Both the position numbers and the translations under genes were made by a program. Under the pieces are notes generated by a model, which saw only the letters and a list, made by a program, of their open reading frames with translations, was not told where the DNA came from and did not search any database. From Chloroflexota bacterium (GTDB lineage Bacteria; Chloroflexota; Anaerolineae; Anaerolineales; DRKV01), in contig JBAXBF010000002.1 of the NCBI GenBank assembly GCA_037142095.1, positions 1-33,664 of the forward strand: a stretch of 33,664 nt of DNA, given 5' to 3'. Positions 16,552 to 26,565 of this stretch are shown piece by piece; the stretch's first letter is position 1; every line of letters starts with the position of its first letter.

Positions 16552-18003
16552 TTAAAAACCAATATCCGTTATTAATTTTTGAGCGGTTTGTTTTCCCTGG
16601 CGAACACAGTCAGGCACACCAACCCCCTCAAAAGCGCTGCCAGTAACATATAATCCTGAAAATTGAGCACATAAGGCTTGTATTTCGCCAACTTTATCCA
16701 AATGTCCAACATCATATTGAGGATTCGCCTTGTGCCAGCGATAAATCCGGATGAAAACTGGATAAGCGGTTATCCCCATTAGCTCTTTCAAGTCATGAAG
16801 AACCGCCCGAATCAGGCTTTCATCATCACGTTCCACTACTTCTTCCTGCCCCGGTCCACCCACAAAGCAACGGATCAGCGCGTTTTCTTCCGCCACCCGG
16901 TGATTAAATTTAGTTGATGTCCAGGTACAGGCAGTTACCACATGCTTTTCTTTCCGCTCGCGGCGTGGCACTACGAAACCGAAACCATGTAACGCATGAT
17001 TCAACTCACTGCGTGCATAACCCAGAGATATGGTCGCAGTGGTAACGTAACGAATTGTTTTTAGACGAGTGGATAATTCTGGAGCAATCCCGTTCAACAA
17101 ATCTGCAGAGATATAGGCAGGCGTAGCCAATACCACAGCACATCCCACGAACTTCCTACCATCTTGTGTCTCCACCATATAACTCCCGTCTGCCGTTCTT
17201 TCAACACTCACCACCTTCGTCCCTTTAACAATCTGACCATCCATCAATTGGTTCTCTAAAGCATTAATGACTTGCCCCAAACCATTCTTAAGTGTAATAA
17301 ATAATGAAGATGGCGTGTTTTGCGCAACCGGTGTCGGATTCGTGGGGGTAGCTTTCTGGGCAGCCCGCATCTGTGCCAGCATACCAAAGATCAAATTACC
17401 ATATTTTAATTCAAGATCGCGGAATCGCGGAAAAGTTGCCAACAAGCTTTGATCCTCCGGATCAGAGACATGAATTCCAGACAGTAAGGGTTCAGCAATC
17501 TTCTCAAGCGCCTCTTCTCCAAGCCGCCGCCGGACGAAATTGGCAATCGATTCGTCGCCATTACTTTTGCGAGGAGGAATCAATAAATCCATCCCCATCC
17601 GCATCTTCCCAGACCAGGAAATTAAAGTCGAAGTTACAAAAGGAGCGATTCGGGTAGGAATGATTAACATCACCCCGTCTGGAAGAGGGGTTAGCCGGCG
17701 TTTATTGACCACGAACAACTTCCGCCGCTCATCATTGGTACCCATCAAATCATCTCCCAACCCTAATTTATGGGATAGCTCCGATGCCCATGGTTTTTGT
17801 CTGAGGAAACAGTCTGGTCCTCCTTCAACAGTAAAACCATCAGCTTGCTCAGTGATGATTTTTCCACCCAGGCGATTTTCACCCTCAATCAGGGTATAAG
17901 AAACCGGCAAACCTGAAGCCCGAGCAGATTCCTGAAGATGATACGCAGTCGATAGTCCTGAAATTCCCCCGCCAATGATGATTACATTCTTCTTTTTTTC
18001 CAT
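16552..18003 (-). CDS. hemY: FAD-dependent (copro/proto)porphyrinogen oxidase, HemY/CgoX type
   Basis: MEKKKNVIIIGGGISGLSTAY dinucleotide-binding fold at the N-terminus; about 480 aa; adjacent to hemH. I prefer ATG 18003, because the track start 18051 would overlap hemH. Confidence 0.85.
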   Translation of the reverse strand: MEKKKNVIIIGGGISGLSTAYHLQESARASGLPVSYTLIEGENRLGGKIITEQADGFTVEGGPDCFLRQKPWASELSHKLGLGDDLMGTNDERRKLFVVNKRRLTPLPDGVMLIIPTRIAPFVTSTLISWSGKMRMGMDLLIPPRKSNGDESIANFVRRRLGEEALEKIAEPLLSGIHVSDPEDQSLLATFPRFRDLELKYGNLIFGMLAQMRAAQKATPTNPTPVAQNTPSSLFITLKNGLGQVINALENQLMDGQIVKGTKVVSVERTADGSYMVETQDGRKFVGCAVVLATPAYISADLLNGIAPELSTRLKTIRYVTTATISLGYARSELNHALHGFGFVVPRRERKEKHVVTACTWTSTKFNHRVAEENALIRCFVGGPGQEEVVERDDESLIRAVLHDLKELMGITAYPVFIRIYRWHKANPQYDVGHLDKVGEIQALCAQFSGLYVTGSAFEGVGVPDCVRQGKQTAQKLITDIGF

Positions 18004-18019
18004 AGTTTTTCCACAAGAA

Positions 18020-18982
18020 TCAACACATCGATTCTGTTTTCTGCTTAACAATTTCGGTTAATGCTCGAATCAACAGAGAAGATGTGTTTAAAGATCGAGT
18101 GCGTTCCAGATGGATGCCCCGCTCGGAGGCATACTGGCGTGCATCGATATCAATATCGTATAATATTTCCACATTGTCTACTAAGAAGCCAATTGGAACA
18201 ATGAGCAAACGAGAACAATGCTCGCGGCTCTTTTGCTCGATCACATCTTTGAGTTGTGGACCCAACCATTCGACCGGAGCAGCACCCATACTCTGAAAAC
18301 AAAGCTGCCAACGCTCGCGTTCGAGACCTAATTCCTTTGCAACCAGACCGGCTGTCTCCTCCAATTGGGAACAATACGGATCACTCTGTGCCACAATAGA
18401 TGCCGGCAGACTATGTGCAGTGAAAATAATAGATACTTGTTCCTGTTCAACGTCTGAAAACTGCTTCAAGCCCTCCTTAGTCTTCTCTACAATGGCTTGA
18501 ATATAATCAGGCTGAATATGCCAGCTATCAATAGGAAGTATGTTGAGTCTTGCTTGTAAAACATCTTCATTTTTCAGGCTCTCCTGCGCTTCTTCAAGCG
18601 CAACAAAATAGGCACCTACCGTCATCCGAGAATAGTAAGGAACCATACACAAAGCAACCACATCGCTATATCCATCCATTACGATTTTCTTTATAGCTTC
18701 TTTAATGGTTGGCTTCCAATGCCTCATCCCAACATAAACTCGGAAAGAACTACTGTTTTCTGATTTGTACTCAATATTTAATTGCGATTCCAGAGCCTGC
18801 GCCTGAGATCGAGTAATCTCCAAAAGTGGAGATCCTCCCCCAATTAGACGATAACGCTTTTTAATCTCTTCAATGAATTCCGGAGAACTAACCCGTCCTC
18901 CACGCACATGCAGTAAGAAAGCCTCAATTTCATCCAGGTTCTCTGGCGCCCCATATGCCATTAATAATACAGCAGGTTTCAT
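18020..18982 (-). CDS. hemH: Ferrochelatase (HemH/CpfC type)
   Basis: 320 aa. N-terminal VLLMAYGAP and conserved IFTAHSLP (catalytic His region). Lies in the hem operon. Confidence 0.9.
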   Translation of the reverse strand: MKPAVLLMAYGAPENLDEIEAFLLHVRGGRVSSPEFIEEIKKRYRLIGGGSPLLEITRSQAQALESQLNIEYKSENSSSFRVYVGMRHWKPTIKEAIKKIVMDGYSDVVALCMVPYYSRMTVGAYFVALEEAQESLKNEDVLQARLNILPIDSWHIQPDYIQAIVEKTKEGLKQFSDVEQEQVSIIFTAHSLPASIVAQSDPYCSQLEETAGLVAKELGLERERWQLCFQSMGAAPVEWLGPQLKDVIEQKSREHCSRLLIVPIGFLVDNVEILYDIDIDARQYASERGIHLERTRSLNTSSLLIRALTEIVKQKTESMC

Positions 18983-19021
18983 TGTCTCATTTCTCCAGTA
19001 TACGTGAATAGCCAGGAAATA

Positions 19022-20218
19022 TTAATGTTTACCACTCAGTTCTGGGATTTCTGCTGAAAACGGGAAAGTTCCAGGCTCATAAGTGCAATAAGGCTCTTCA
19101 GCGAAAAGATCACCCGTCATGGCATAGGCTCGTGAACGCGATCCACCGCATACGGTATTAAATTCACAACGACCACAACGCCCTTCTAATTTCGATGGAT
19201 CACGTAAAGATTGGAAGATCGGGCTGGACACATAGATTTCTCCCAATGGAGTCTCTTTGATGTTGCCAGCTTTAACCGGTAAGTATCCACTGGGATAAAC
19301 ATCACCTTTCAACGAGATGAAAACGAAACCACTCGCTGAGTTGATATGCATCGGAGTACGCCGGATACGATCCCCTGCCGGCGGCAAATCCGTTCCGAGG
19401 GTCACAGCGTCCAGACCTTCCTTAAGCTTATAGTAAGTATCATTCAGATGCATGTAATCTTCCATCGGTAACTGGCGCTTTTCCAGGGCTGAACGTTGCA
19501 AGACGACGCGTTTGTAGTGATGACCTTCGGTCGTTTTTGCGCTGATAAACTTAGAAGCATCATATAAGAAATTCATCACGGATTCATAGTCATCCGGAGA
19601 AACTTCATCTTCCAATAAGGCACGTCCCATTGGCACTAACAGGAATAAACTCCACGTCATGGCGCCCAGCGATCTGACTAATGCAAACATGGATGGCAAA
19701 TCACTCAGATTATAGCGGGTAACTGTCGTATTAATTTGCACCTTCAATCCCATAGAACGCGCCAACATCCAACCGTTAACCGTCCAATCATAAGAACCTT
19801 CCACACGCCGGAAATCATCATGCAGTGCCGCATGAGAGCCATCAACGCTGAGCGAAATCGCCCGCACGCCATTATCTTTTAGACGTTGCAAGTTTTCTAT
19901 TGTCAGAAGGGGTGTCGCGGAAGGAGATACAGCCGGCATCAATCCTAATTGATTGGCATATCCAGCCAGGTCGAATATATCTTTTCTTTTGAATGGATCT
20001 CCTCCAGTAAGCACAAATAAAGGATTCGGCTTACCTAGCTGTTCAACTTGTTTAATCAAACCACAACCCTCTTCAAAGCTCATCGCCAGCGGGTCATGTT
20101 CTGGTTTTGCTTCTGCCCGGCAATGCCGGCAGGCAATATCACAGGCTTGGGTAGTCTCCCAAATCACCAAGAATGGGCGACTATTAACATCATACGCAGG
20201 TTGGCGGATTAATTGCAT
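19022..20218 (-). CDS. Radical SAM/SPASM-domain enzyme, AhbD/NirJ-like
   Basis: CDIACRHC (CX3CX2C), VLTGGDPF, QINTTVTRYN...LFLLVPMGRA (strings resembling the NirJ/AhbD family), and a C-terminal Cys-rich CGRCEFNTVCGGSRSRAY...PYCTY (SPASM). Confidence 0.85.
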   Translation of the reverse strand: MQLIRQPAYDVNSRPFLVIWETTQACDIACRHCRAEAKPEHDPLAMSFEEGCGLIKQVEQLGKPNPLFVLTGGDPFKRKDIFDLAGYANQLGLMPAVSPSATPLLTIENLQRLKDNGVRAISLSVDGSHAALHDDFRRVEGSYDWTVNGWMLARSMGLKVQINTTVTRYNLSDLPSMFALVRSLGAMTWSLFLLVPMGRALLEDEVSPDDYESVMNFLYDASKFISAKTTEGHHYKRVVLQRSALEKRQLPMEDYMHLNDTYYKLKEGLDAVTLGTDLPPAGDRIRRTPMHINSASGFVFISLKGDVYPSGYLPVKAGNIKETPLGEIYVSSPIFQSLRDPSKLEGRCGRCEFNTVCGGSRSRAYAMTGDLFAEEPYCTYEPGTFPFSAEIPELSGKH

Positions 20219-20227
20219 TTTCTTAAA

Positions 20228-20911
20228 TCATCCTTCCGAAAGTAAATTATCATTTTGTTTAGAGTAACCTTCAATGGTCGCCAGAAGCAAGGTATCCATA
20301 AAATCCAGCGTTTTGCTTAACAGGCGTTGACCGGCTTCATCTCTTTGCCGAAAGACTGCATTCGTTTTAGAAACCATCCCCATAATCGAACGGCGGAAAA
20401 AGATAAATGCTTGCGCAGTCTCAGTAATGGACATTCCAGATTGAAAACAAACGGATCCATAATCCCTTGCTATTCGCTCCGCCTCTTGTAAAAACACTTC
20501 CTCACCTTCGGTACGGCTGTTGTACTGCATTAATAAACCGAAGAGCATCTGTCCGGTATATTTAAATTTTAGTCTCTGGACATCAGTAAAACGGTACAGC
20601 CAATATTCCTGTTGTGAGATTTCTGTAGCGATCTGCCGGTGCACAATATCATTCGGCTGTTCCCTGGGAAATTTGGCAGGATAGGGGGTTACCTCTGCCT
20701 GGCGTAAAGAGGAACGGAATTGTTCCAAATCTGCCATCGAAAAACGTCTGCGCCCACCTGGAGTACGGATATAGTTTATTTTACCGGTATCAGCCCAACG
20801 TCGCAGCGTCGTAAAATGCACATCCAGGAACTGAGCGGCATCCGATAAATCTAACCATTGAATACTGGGGGGCTTCTTTTCTTCTGACGATTTCATAATT
20901 ATGTTTAGCAA
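20228..20911 (-). CDS. HTH (excisionase/MerR-superfamily type) DNA-binding protein with an uncharacterised ~150 aa C-terminal domain
   Basis: LDLSDAAQFLDVHFTTLRRWADTGKINYIRTPGGRRRFSMADLEQF. The TTG at 20911 has a GGGTAGGG-like SD upstream; the alternative ATG at 20896 has none. Embedded in the hem operon, 9 nt before the radical SAM gene. Confidence 0.7.
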   Translation of the reverse strand: MLNIIMKSSEEKKPPSIQWLDLSDAAQFLDVHFTTLRRWADTGKINYIRTPGGRRRFSMADLEQFRSSLRQAEVTPYPAKFPREQPNDIVHRQIATEISQQEYWLYRFTDVQRLKFKYTGQMLFGLLMQYNSRTEGEEVFLQEAERIARDYGSVCFQSGMSITETAQAFIFFRRSIMGMVSKTNAVFRQRDEAGQRLLSKTLDFMDTLLLATIEGYSKQNDNLLSEG

Positions 20912-20941
20912 CGCTACCCTACCCGTTTCTACAACCCCCGT

Positions 20942-22228
20942 CTAAAAAAGGCTCCTGAAAGCCTCTTGAGCAACGGCAACCGTTTTTATAATATCTTCTT
21001 CGCGGTGGGCTGTTGACATAAATCCAGCTTCGAATTGAGAGGGCGCAAAATAAACCCCTTTCTCGAGCATCGCCCTGAAATATTGCGCATATTTTTCTGT
21101 GTTAGCCGACTTGGCAGTTTCCCAGTTGATCACCGCTTGATCTGTGAAGAAAGTGGTAAACATCGTTCCCACTCTTTGGACGACAGTATTAATTTTGGCT
21201 TCCTTAGCCGCCTGACTCATCCCAGTAACCAGTTCAGCCGAACGTGCCTCGAGCATCTCCCATGTCCCTGGCTTTTGTAATTCAGTCAGGGTTGCGATCC
21301 CTGCCGCCATCGTCAATGGGTTACCGGATAGAGTTCCCGCCTGGTAAACAGCCCCAGAAGGTGCGATCAATTGCATGATTTCTTTTTTTCCACCATACGC
21401 TCCTACCGGCAAACCACCACCAATTACCTTTCCGAGCGTGGTCAAATCCGGTTGGACACCATACAGTTTCTGAGCACCGCCAGGATGAACTCGAAAACCT
21501 GTCATCACTTCATCAAAAATCAACAAAGCTCCTTCCGCTTTTGTAATGTCACGTAGTCCTTTCAAAAAGCCCTCAACGGGCGGTACAACCCCCATATTAC
21601 CGGCAACAGGTTCGATGATAACTGCCGCGATTTCAGACGGAAATTTCTCGAATAGCTGTTGAACCGCGATTAGATCATTATAAGGTGCAACCAACGTATC
21701 CGCCACATAGCCCGCAGGAACTCCTGGCGAATCAGGCAGACCAAGCGTTGCTACGCCTGAGCCTGCCTTCACCAGTAACATATCGGCATGCCCATGATAG
21801 CATCCCTCAAATTTGATGATTTTATTTCTTCCCGTAAATGCACGCCCCAGACGCAGGGCAGTCATCGTCGCTTCCGTCCCCGAGTTAACAAAGCGCATCA
21901 TTTCCATGGATGGCATAAACGCCTGGATCAACTTAGCCAATTTGTTTTCCAACGGGCTGGGTGCGCCAAAACTTGTTCCACAGGCGGCAGCTTCCTTTAT
22001 TGCGGAGACTACACTCGGATTGGCATGCCCCAGGATTAACGGTCCCCAGGATAAAACATAGTCGATAAACCGGTTCCCATCCACATCTTGCAAATAGGCT
22101 CCCTCACCGCGCTCGATGAATAAAGGTTGACCGCCAACAGCGCGAAAGGCGCGTACGGGTGAATCAACCCCCCCCGGCAAAAGCATTTGTGCCTCTGCAA
22201 AAAACTGCCTTGATTTAGATATTTCCAT
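20942..22228 (-). CDS. hemL: Glutamate-1-semialdehyde 2,1-aminomutase
   Basis: 428 aa class III aminotransferase. [12 protein letters not shown]-terminal motif and PLP-lysine region [19 protein letters not shown]. Confidence 0.95.
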   Translation of the reverse strand: MEISKSRQFFAEAQMLLPGGVDSPVRAFRAVGGQPLFIERGEGAYLQDVDGNRFIDYVLSWGPLILGHANPSVVSAIKEAAACGTSFGAPSPLENKLAKLIQAFMPSMEMMRFVNSGTEATMTALRLGRAFTGRNKIIKFEGCYHGHADMLLVKAGSGVATLGLPDSPGVPAGYVADTLVAPYNDLIAVQQLFEKFPSEIAAVIIEPVAGNMGVVPPVEGFLKGLRDITKAEGALLIFDEVMTGFRVHPGGAQKLYGVQPDLTTLGKVIGGGLPVGAYGGKKEIMQLIAPSGAVYQAGTLSGNPLTMAAGIATLTELQKPGTWEMLEARSAELVTGMSQAAKEAKINTVVQRVGTMFTTFFTDQAVINWETAKSANTEKYAQYFRAMLEKGVYFAPSQFEAGFMSTAHREEDIIKTVAVAQEAFRSLF

Positions 22229-22293
22229 CGAGTTTATCTCCTCACTGTTCCTTCTGGATCTGCTGCAATTTCCTACTTGGCAGCCTGATTTTT

Positions 22294-24378
22294 TTATTTC
22301 TCAATGGCTCCTGCGTCAATCCATGCAATAATCTGGTCTAATTCTTCTTTCGTCAATTGTCCAGGATGTCCACCTTTTAATTGAACTTGAACCAACTCAC
22401 TTTCTTTAGAATTACCGGGGACAATTACACCACCTTCCTCACCGCCTTTAATTGCATCCTGGTAACCTGTAAAAATTACCTTCTCAGCGCCCATACCGCC
22501 TTCAGCATGGCACATGACGCAGCGGCTGGCAAGCATGGTTTGAATACCTCCATCCCATGACTTTGCCTGGCTAATTTCACCGGCGCCGGGAGTCGGCGTT
22601 TCTTGTACAGAAGGTGTTCCCTCAGGAGCGCCCGCAGCAATCCATTTTTTAACCAGATCCAGATCCTCAGCAGATAACTGTGCAAAATGAGGTTGTGCCC
22701 CACCAATTGTCTTTATTAATAAACTATTATCCGCGTCACCAGACTGGATCACAGCGCCATTTTCACCACCTGCCATAAGAGTTTTATACGTGGTGAGATT
22801 CAATCCTTTCATCGTTGTACCCTGACCGCCATGACAATTCCCGCAATTTTGCTGGAAGATCGCCCCAACCTTGTCTGTGTACGTCAAAGCTGCGGTTGCT
22901 TCCCCTCCTGCGCTAGGCGCCGAAGCCGGTGTCGTTGGCTCTGGCGGGGGAGCCACTTCTTTCAACTGCTTCTGGATGATTTCTCGTAAACCAGGTGCAT
23001 CGTAGCCCGCATATTTCCAAACGGTCCCATGACATGCGCTATTCGAACAAAAAGATGTATTACTGGTTCCGCCAGCATCTTTCATCGTATGGCAGGTAGA
23101 ACAGGTCAGATTAAAAGCACTGCGATGCAAATTAATCCAGTTCGAGTTCTTATGCGACTCAGGTTCAGGTCCCCGGCTAATCTCAATATTAGCGACAAAT
23201 TTATCTGGACCAACTACCACCGGAATAGAATGGCATAGGTTGCACTCCAACGGAATTGCCTCACCCTTTGAATTGAGGTGTTTTCCATCATGACAGCGCA
23301 TACAACCAGGAAAATAATTATGTCCTATATTGGTCGGATGCGTCTCCCATGCGATTTTTTGGGATGGAAAGATCGATTGGTTATAAGTACCTTTTACGGC
23401 TGAGATCATGTCGGTTACTAATTGAGAATTTTCTGTATAAAAATCCGGGTATTTCTCTTGATAATATTTATCCAACTCGCCAATTGCCTTCAAAGCCTGC
23501 TCGCTCGAATCGTACTTAGCACGCAGGACTTCCACCATTTTTATCCGAGCCTCTGGGATTTTTTGAGAAATAACTCCCCGATTTATGAGTTGGTCTGCCG
23601 CTTCTTCAGGTTGAGGAACAAGATGAGAGATCCGGTTATGGCAGGTAATACAATCCATTTTTTTCAAATTCTCGTCTTTGATTGTATCTGACTTAACCCC
23701 TGATACGACATCAACATAATATCCCTGCGCATTTCCCTTCTCATCAACCTCGCGTACATAGGGAATTGTTTGTTCCAAAGCATCTGTTGGAAGATAATAG
23801 ACTGGATTTTCGATGTGCCAGTGAATCCCTTTCCCTAATCCTTCACGATGACTGCCACCCCCTGTTTTTAGGTAGATATAAGTCGAGACTGCGGTATTGG
23901 CTTCGTCATTCTGATGTTGTTTAATTTCACGAAACTTATCATCTGAAAATTTTTCAGGGAAATGACAAAGTTCACAAGTGTCCCTGGCAGGGCGCATTTT
24001 AGTCGCATATATGGGATATTCATAATTTGAAAACACCAAATCAATAATATGGCTGATATCGCCAGCTTTACGCGTAATACGGGTGGCAAGGAAACTTTTT
24101 CCAATATGGCATTCAACGCAATCCACCCGCGCGTGGGGGGATACATTATATGCCTGATACTCTGGCGGCATGGTATGGCAAGTGGTGCCACAAAATGCTG
24201 GCGAATTCGTATAATCCCACGCATAAGTCCCGGCTACCAATACCACAATGGTTAATATTCCCAATACAGCATAAGGAAGAATACGTACCCATAAAGGCAC
24301 ACCTGCTGGTGGAAAGAAAAAGCCTTTTAACATGTTGAGTATCCGATTATGGCTAATAAATTTTTTTAAGCTGTCCAT
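22294..24378 (-). CDS. Membrane-anchored decaheme cytochrome: NapC/NirT/NrfH-like tetraheme + c3-like tetraheme + two PSCyt1-like monoheme repeats
   Basis: TM at aa 31-52. Heme motifs in order: CGTTCH (CX3CH), CVECH, CELCH, CITCH, CMRCH, CNLCH, CSTCH, CSNSACH (CX4CH), CGNCH, CVMCH. The C-terminal tandem repeats look like the Planctomycete cytochrome C domain: CGNCHGG...GLNL...[12 protein letters not shown] and CVMCHAE...[12 protein letters not shown]. Confidence 0.85.
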   Translation of the reverse strand: MDSLKKFISHNRILNMLKGFFFPPAGVPLWVRILPYAVLGILTIVVLVAGTYAWDYTNSPAFCGTTCHTMPPEYQAYNVSPHARVDCVECHIGKSFLATRITRKAGDISHIIDLVFSNYEYPIYATKMRPARDTCELCHFPEKFSDDKFREIKQHQNDEANTAVSTYIYLKTGGGSHREGLGKGIHWHIENPVYYLPTDALEQTIPYVREVDEKGNAQGYYVDVVSGVKSDTIKDENLKKMDCITCHNRISHLVPQPEEAADQLINRGVISQKIPEARIKMVEVLRAKYDSSEQALKAIGELDKYYQEKYPDFYTENSQLVTDMISAVKGTYNQSIFPSQKIAWETHPTNIGHNYFPGCMRCHDGKHLNSKGEAIPLECNLCHSIPVVVGPDKFVANIEISRGPEPESHKNSNWINLHRSAFNLTCSTCHTMKDAGGTSNTSFCSNSACHGTVWKYAGYDAPGLREIIQKQLKEVAPPPEPTTPASAPSAGGEATAALTYTDKVGAIFQQNCGNCHGGQGTTMKGLNLTTYKTLMAGGENGAVIQSGDADNSLLIKTIGGAQPHFAQLSAEDLDLVKKWIAAGAPEGTPSVQETPTPGAGEISQAKSWDGGIQTMLASRCVMCHAEGGMGAEKVIFTGYQDAIKGGEEGGVIVPGNSKESELVQVQLKGGHPGQLTKEELDQIIAWIDAGAIEK

Positions 24379-24446
24379 GGTTTCTCCTTACGTCAAACTG
24401 CATATTGATAATGGCTTGCCTTAACTATACCAGATACTTGAAATTT

Positions 24447-25505
24447 TTACCCTAGCGTTTTCACCGACAACTCATGAACCATATCAATTGCAGCTTTTAC
24501 ATTATCCACAGGCGTTTCAGGGAGAATCCCGTGCCCAAGGTTAAAGATATGCCCCGGACGTCCATTCGCCTGCCTCAATATCAAATAAATACGCCGCTCA
24601 AGTTCGGATTTTGGGGCGAATAATACAACTGGATCAAGATTACCCTGCACAGCGACATCGTATCCCAATTCATCCCAACCCCAATCCAACGGTGTTCGCC
24701 AATCCAGACCGATAACATCCCCACCTGCTTCTTTCATCGCCGTTAGCAGCATGGCTGTTCCAGTCCCAAAATGGATCGTGGGGACTCCGGTAGGAGCAAG
24801 TGCCTGAAATATTGATCGCGAATGAGGCAAAACATACTCACGATAATCTTCTGGGCTGAGGTTTCCACTCCAACTATCAAAAAGCTGTATTGCCTGGGCA
24901 CCCGCTTCGACTTGAGCAAGTAAATAATCCGCGATGACGCGTCTTAATTTTTCCATCAAGTTATACCAAATCTGTGGTTTGGAATACATCATCTTTTTTG
25001 TTTTGATATAGTTACGCGACGCACCGCCCTCGATCATATAACTGGCAAGCGTAAAAGGCGCACCCGCAAAACCAATCAAAGGGGTCTTTCCGTCCAATTC
25101 ATGCCGCACCAGATTCACTGCTTTAAGCACATAGTTCAACGACTCACGTGGCTCGACAGTCTTCAGAGCAGCCACATCCTTCGCACTTCCAATCGGATTA
25201 TAGATCACAGGTCCTTCGCCAGCCTCAAATTTCAAATCTATCCCCATTGGGATAAGAGGCAGTAATATATCTGCAAATATGATCGCTGCATCCACCCCAA
25301 ACGCTTCCACCGGCTGCAAAGTAACCTCAGCAGCCAATTCAGGCTGCAAACAAATTTCCAATAGTGTGTGTTTTGCTCGAATAGCACGGTATTCTTTCAT
25401 ATAACGTCCCGCCTGGCGCATGAACCAGACCGGAGTACAATCCACTGGCTCACGCCGGCAAGCCCGTAAAAACCGTTGCGAAGTCTCAGAATTTTTTATA
25501 ACCAT
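24447..25505 (-). CDS. hemE: Uroporphyrinogen decarboxylase
   Basis: 352 aa with the [11 protein letters not shown] signature near the N-terminus. Overlaps the hemB stop by 10 nt. Confidence 0.95.
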   Translation of the reverse strand: MVIKNSETSQRFLRACRREPVDCTPVWFMRQAGRYMKEYRAIRAKHTLLEICLQPELAAEVTLQPVEAFGVDAAIIFADILLPLIPMGIDLKFEAGEGPVIYNPIGSAKDVAALKTVEPRESLNYVLKAVNLVRHELDGKTPLIGFAGAPFTLASYMIEGGASRNYIKTKKMMYSKPQIWYNLMEKLRRVIADYLLAQVEAGAQAIQLFDSWSGNLSPEDYREYVLPHSRSIFQALAPTGVPTIHFGTGTAMLLTAMKEAGGDVIGLDWRTPLDWGWDELGYDVAVQGNLDPVVLFAPKSELERRIYLILRQANGRPGHIFNLGHGILPETPVDNVKAAIDMVHELSVKTLG

Positions 25506-26551
25506 TGCGCTGCATCCTTTGCATGATAAGTGATAATCAGGTCTGCGCCTGCCCGTTTGATACCCGTCAAAATTTCGAGGACCACCCTCTGTTCATCTAC
25601 CCACCCTTTAGAACTGGCGGCTTTGACCATCGCATATTCACCACTTACATTATAAGCAGCCAATGGATATTGTGGATAATGGTCATGCACGAGCCGAATT
25701 ATATCCAGGTACGGCAAAGCCGGTTTGACCATTAACATATCGGCTCCCTCAGCGATATCTAATTCAGTCTCGCGTAGGGCTTCGCGCACATTCGCCGGGT
25801 CCATCTGATGGCTTTTTCGGTCACCAAATTTCGGTGCACCCTGCGCTGCTTCCCGGAAAGGTCCGTAAAAACCAGATGCATACTTGGTCGAGTATGACAG
25901 GATGGGAATATGCTCAAAACCAGTGCTATCCAGGTTGCTCCGTATAGCCGCAACCATGCCATCTAACATACCAGAAGGAGCAACAATATCCGCTCCTGCC
26001 TCGGCATGAGATACAGCGGTTTTCGCCAGAATTTCCAGAGTCTGGTCATTCAACACATAACCTTCAGGCAGTTGCGGCTGCGGGCGGTCAGCCCCTCCCA
26101 CATTAAGTACGCCACAATGTCCATGATCGGTATATTCACACAAGCACACATCCGTAATCACAACCATTTCGGGGATCATATTTTTTATTAACCGGGTAGC
26201 TTGCTGCACGATACCATCCGCCGCAAAATTCTCAATCCCAATCGGATCTTTGTGAGCAGGCAGCCCAAAGAGAACAACAGCAGGAATACCTAAACCGGCA
26301 ATCGACTTGATCTCATCAACCAATAAATCTAAAGACCATTGGAACACACCCGGCATGGAAGAAATTTCATTCTTAATTCCTTGTCCGTGCATTACAAATA
26401 AGGGATAAATAAAATCCTTTGGATCTAAGCTGGTCTCGCGCACCATATCTCGCATCTGCGGTGTTATCCGTAGGCGGCGCGGTCTGCCAGTTGGGAAACC
26501 GGTTGTCGCAGTTTGCCGTGAAATACTGGTTGGATTGTCTTGGTTTTTCAT
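25496..26551 (-). CDS. hemB: Porphobilinogen synthase (zinc-type)
   Basis: 351 aa with RPRRLR, the Cys-rich Zn site [14 protein letters not shown], and active-site lysine regions ([12 protein letters not shown]). Confidence 0.95.
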   Translation of the reverse strand: MKNQDNPTSISRQTATTGFPTGRPRRLRITPQMRDMVRETSLDPKDFIYPLFVMHGQGIKNEISSMPGVFQWSLDLLVDEIKSIAGLGIPAVVLFGLPAHKDPIGIENFAADGIVQQATRLIKNMIPEMVVITDVCLCEYTDHGHCGVLNVGGADRPQPQLPEGYVLNDQTLEILAKTAVSHAEAGADIVAPSGMLDGMVAAIRSNLDSTGFEHIPILSYSTKYASGFYGPFREAAQGAPKFGDRKSHQMDPANVREALRETELDIAEGADMLMVKPALPYLDIIRLVHDHYPQYPLAAYNVSGEYAMVKAASSKGWVDEQRVVLEILTGIKRAGADLIITYHAKDAAQWL

Positions 26552-26565
26552 TAAAAGCTATTCCT

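Noticed and set aside
18004-18051. A longer hemY start (MLSRKQNRCVDSCGKT...) that overlaps the 3' end of hemH.
   Set aside because: The FAD-binding fold begins right after the internal MEKKKNVIIIGGG, so ATG 18003 gives a normal N-terminus. The extension would overlap hemH by 32 nt and adds only non-conserved-looking residues.
19022-20911. I considered the HTH protein plus radical SAM/SPASM enzyme as a RiPP (peptide maturase) cassette.
   Set aside because: I found no small precursor-peptide ORF, protease or dedicated exporter next to them. Both genes are tightly packed inside the hem operon, and the radical SAM core strings resemble the tetrapyrrole-modifying AhbD/NirJ clade more than peptide maturases. 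This remains an alternative that phylogeny could revive.
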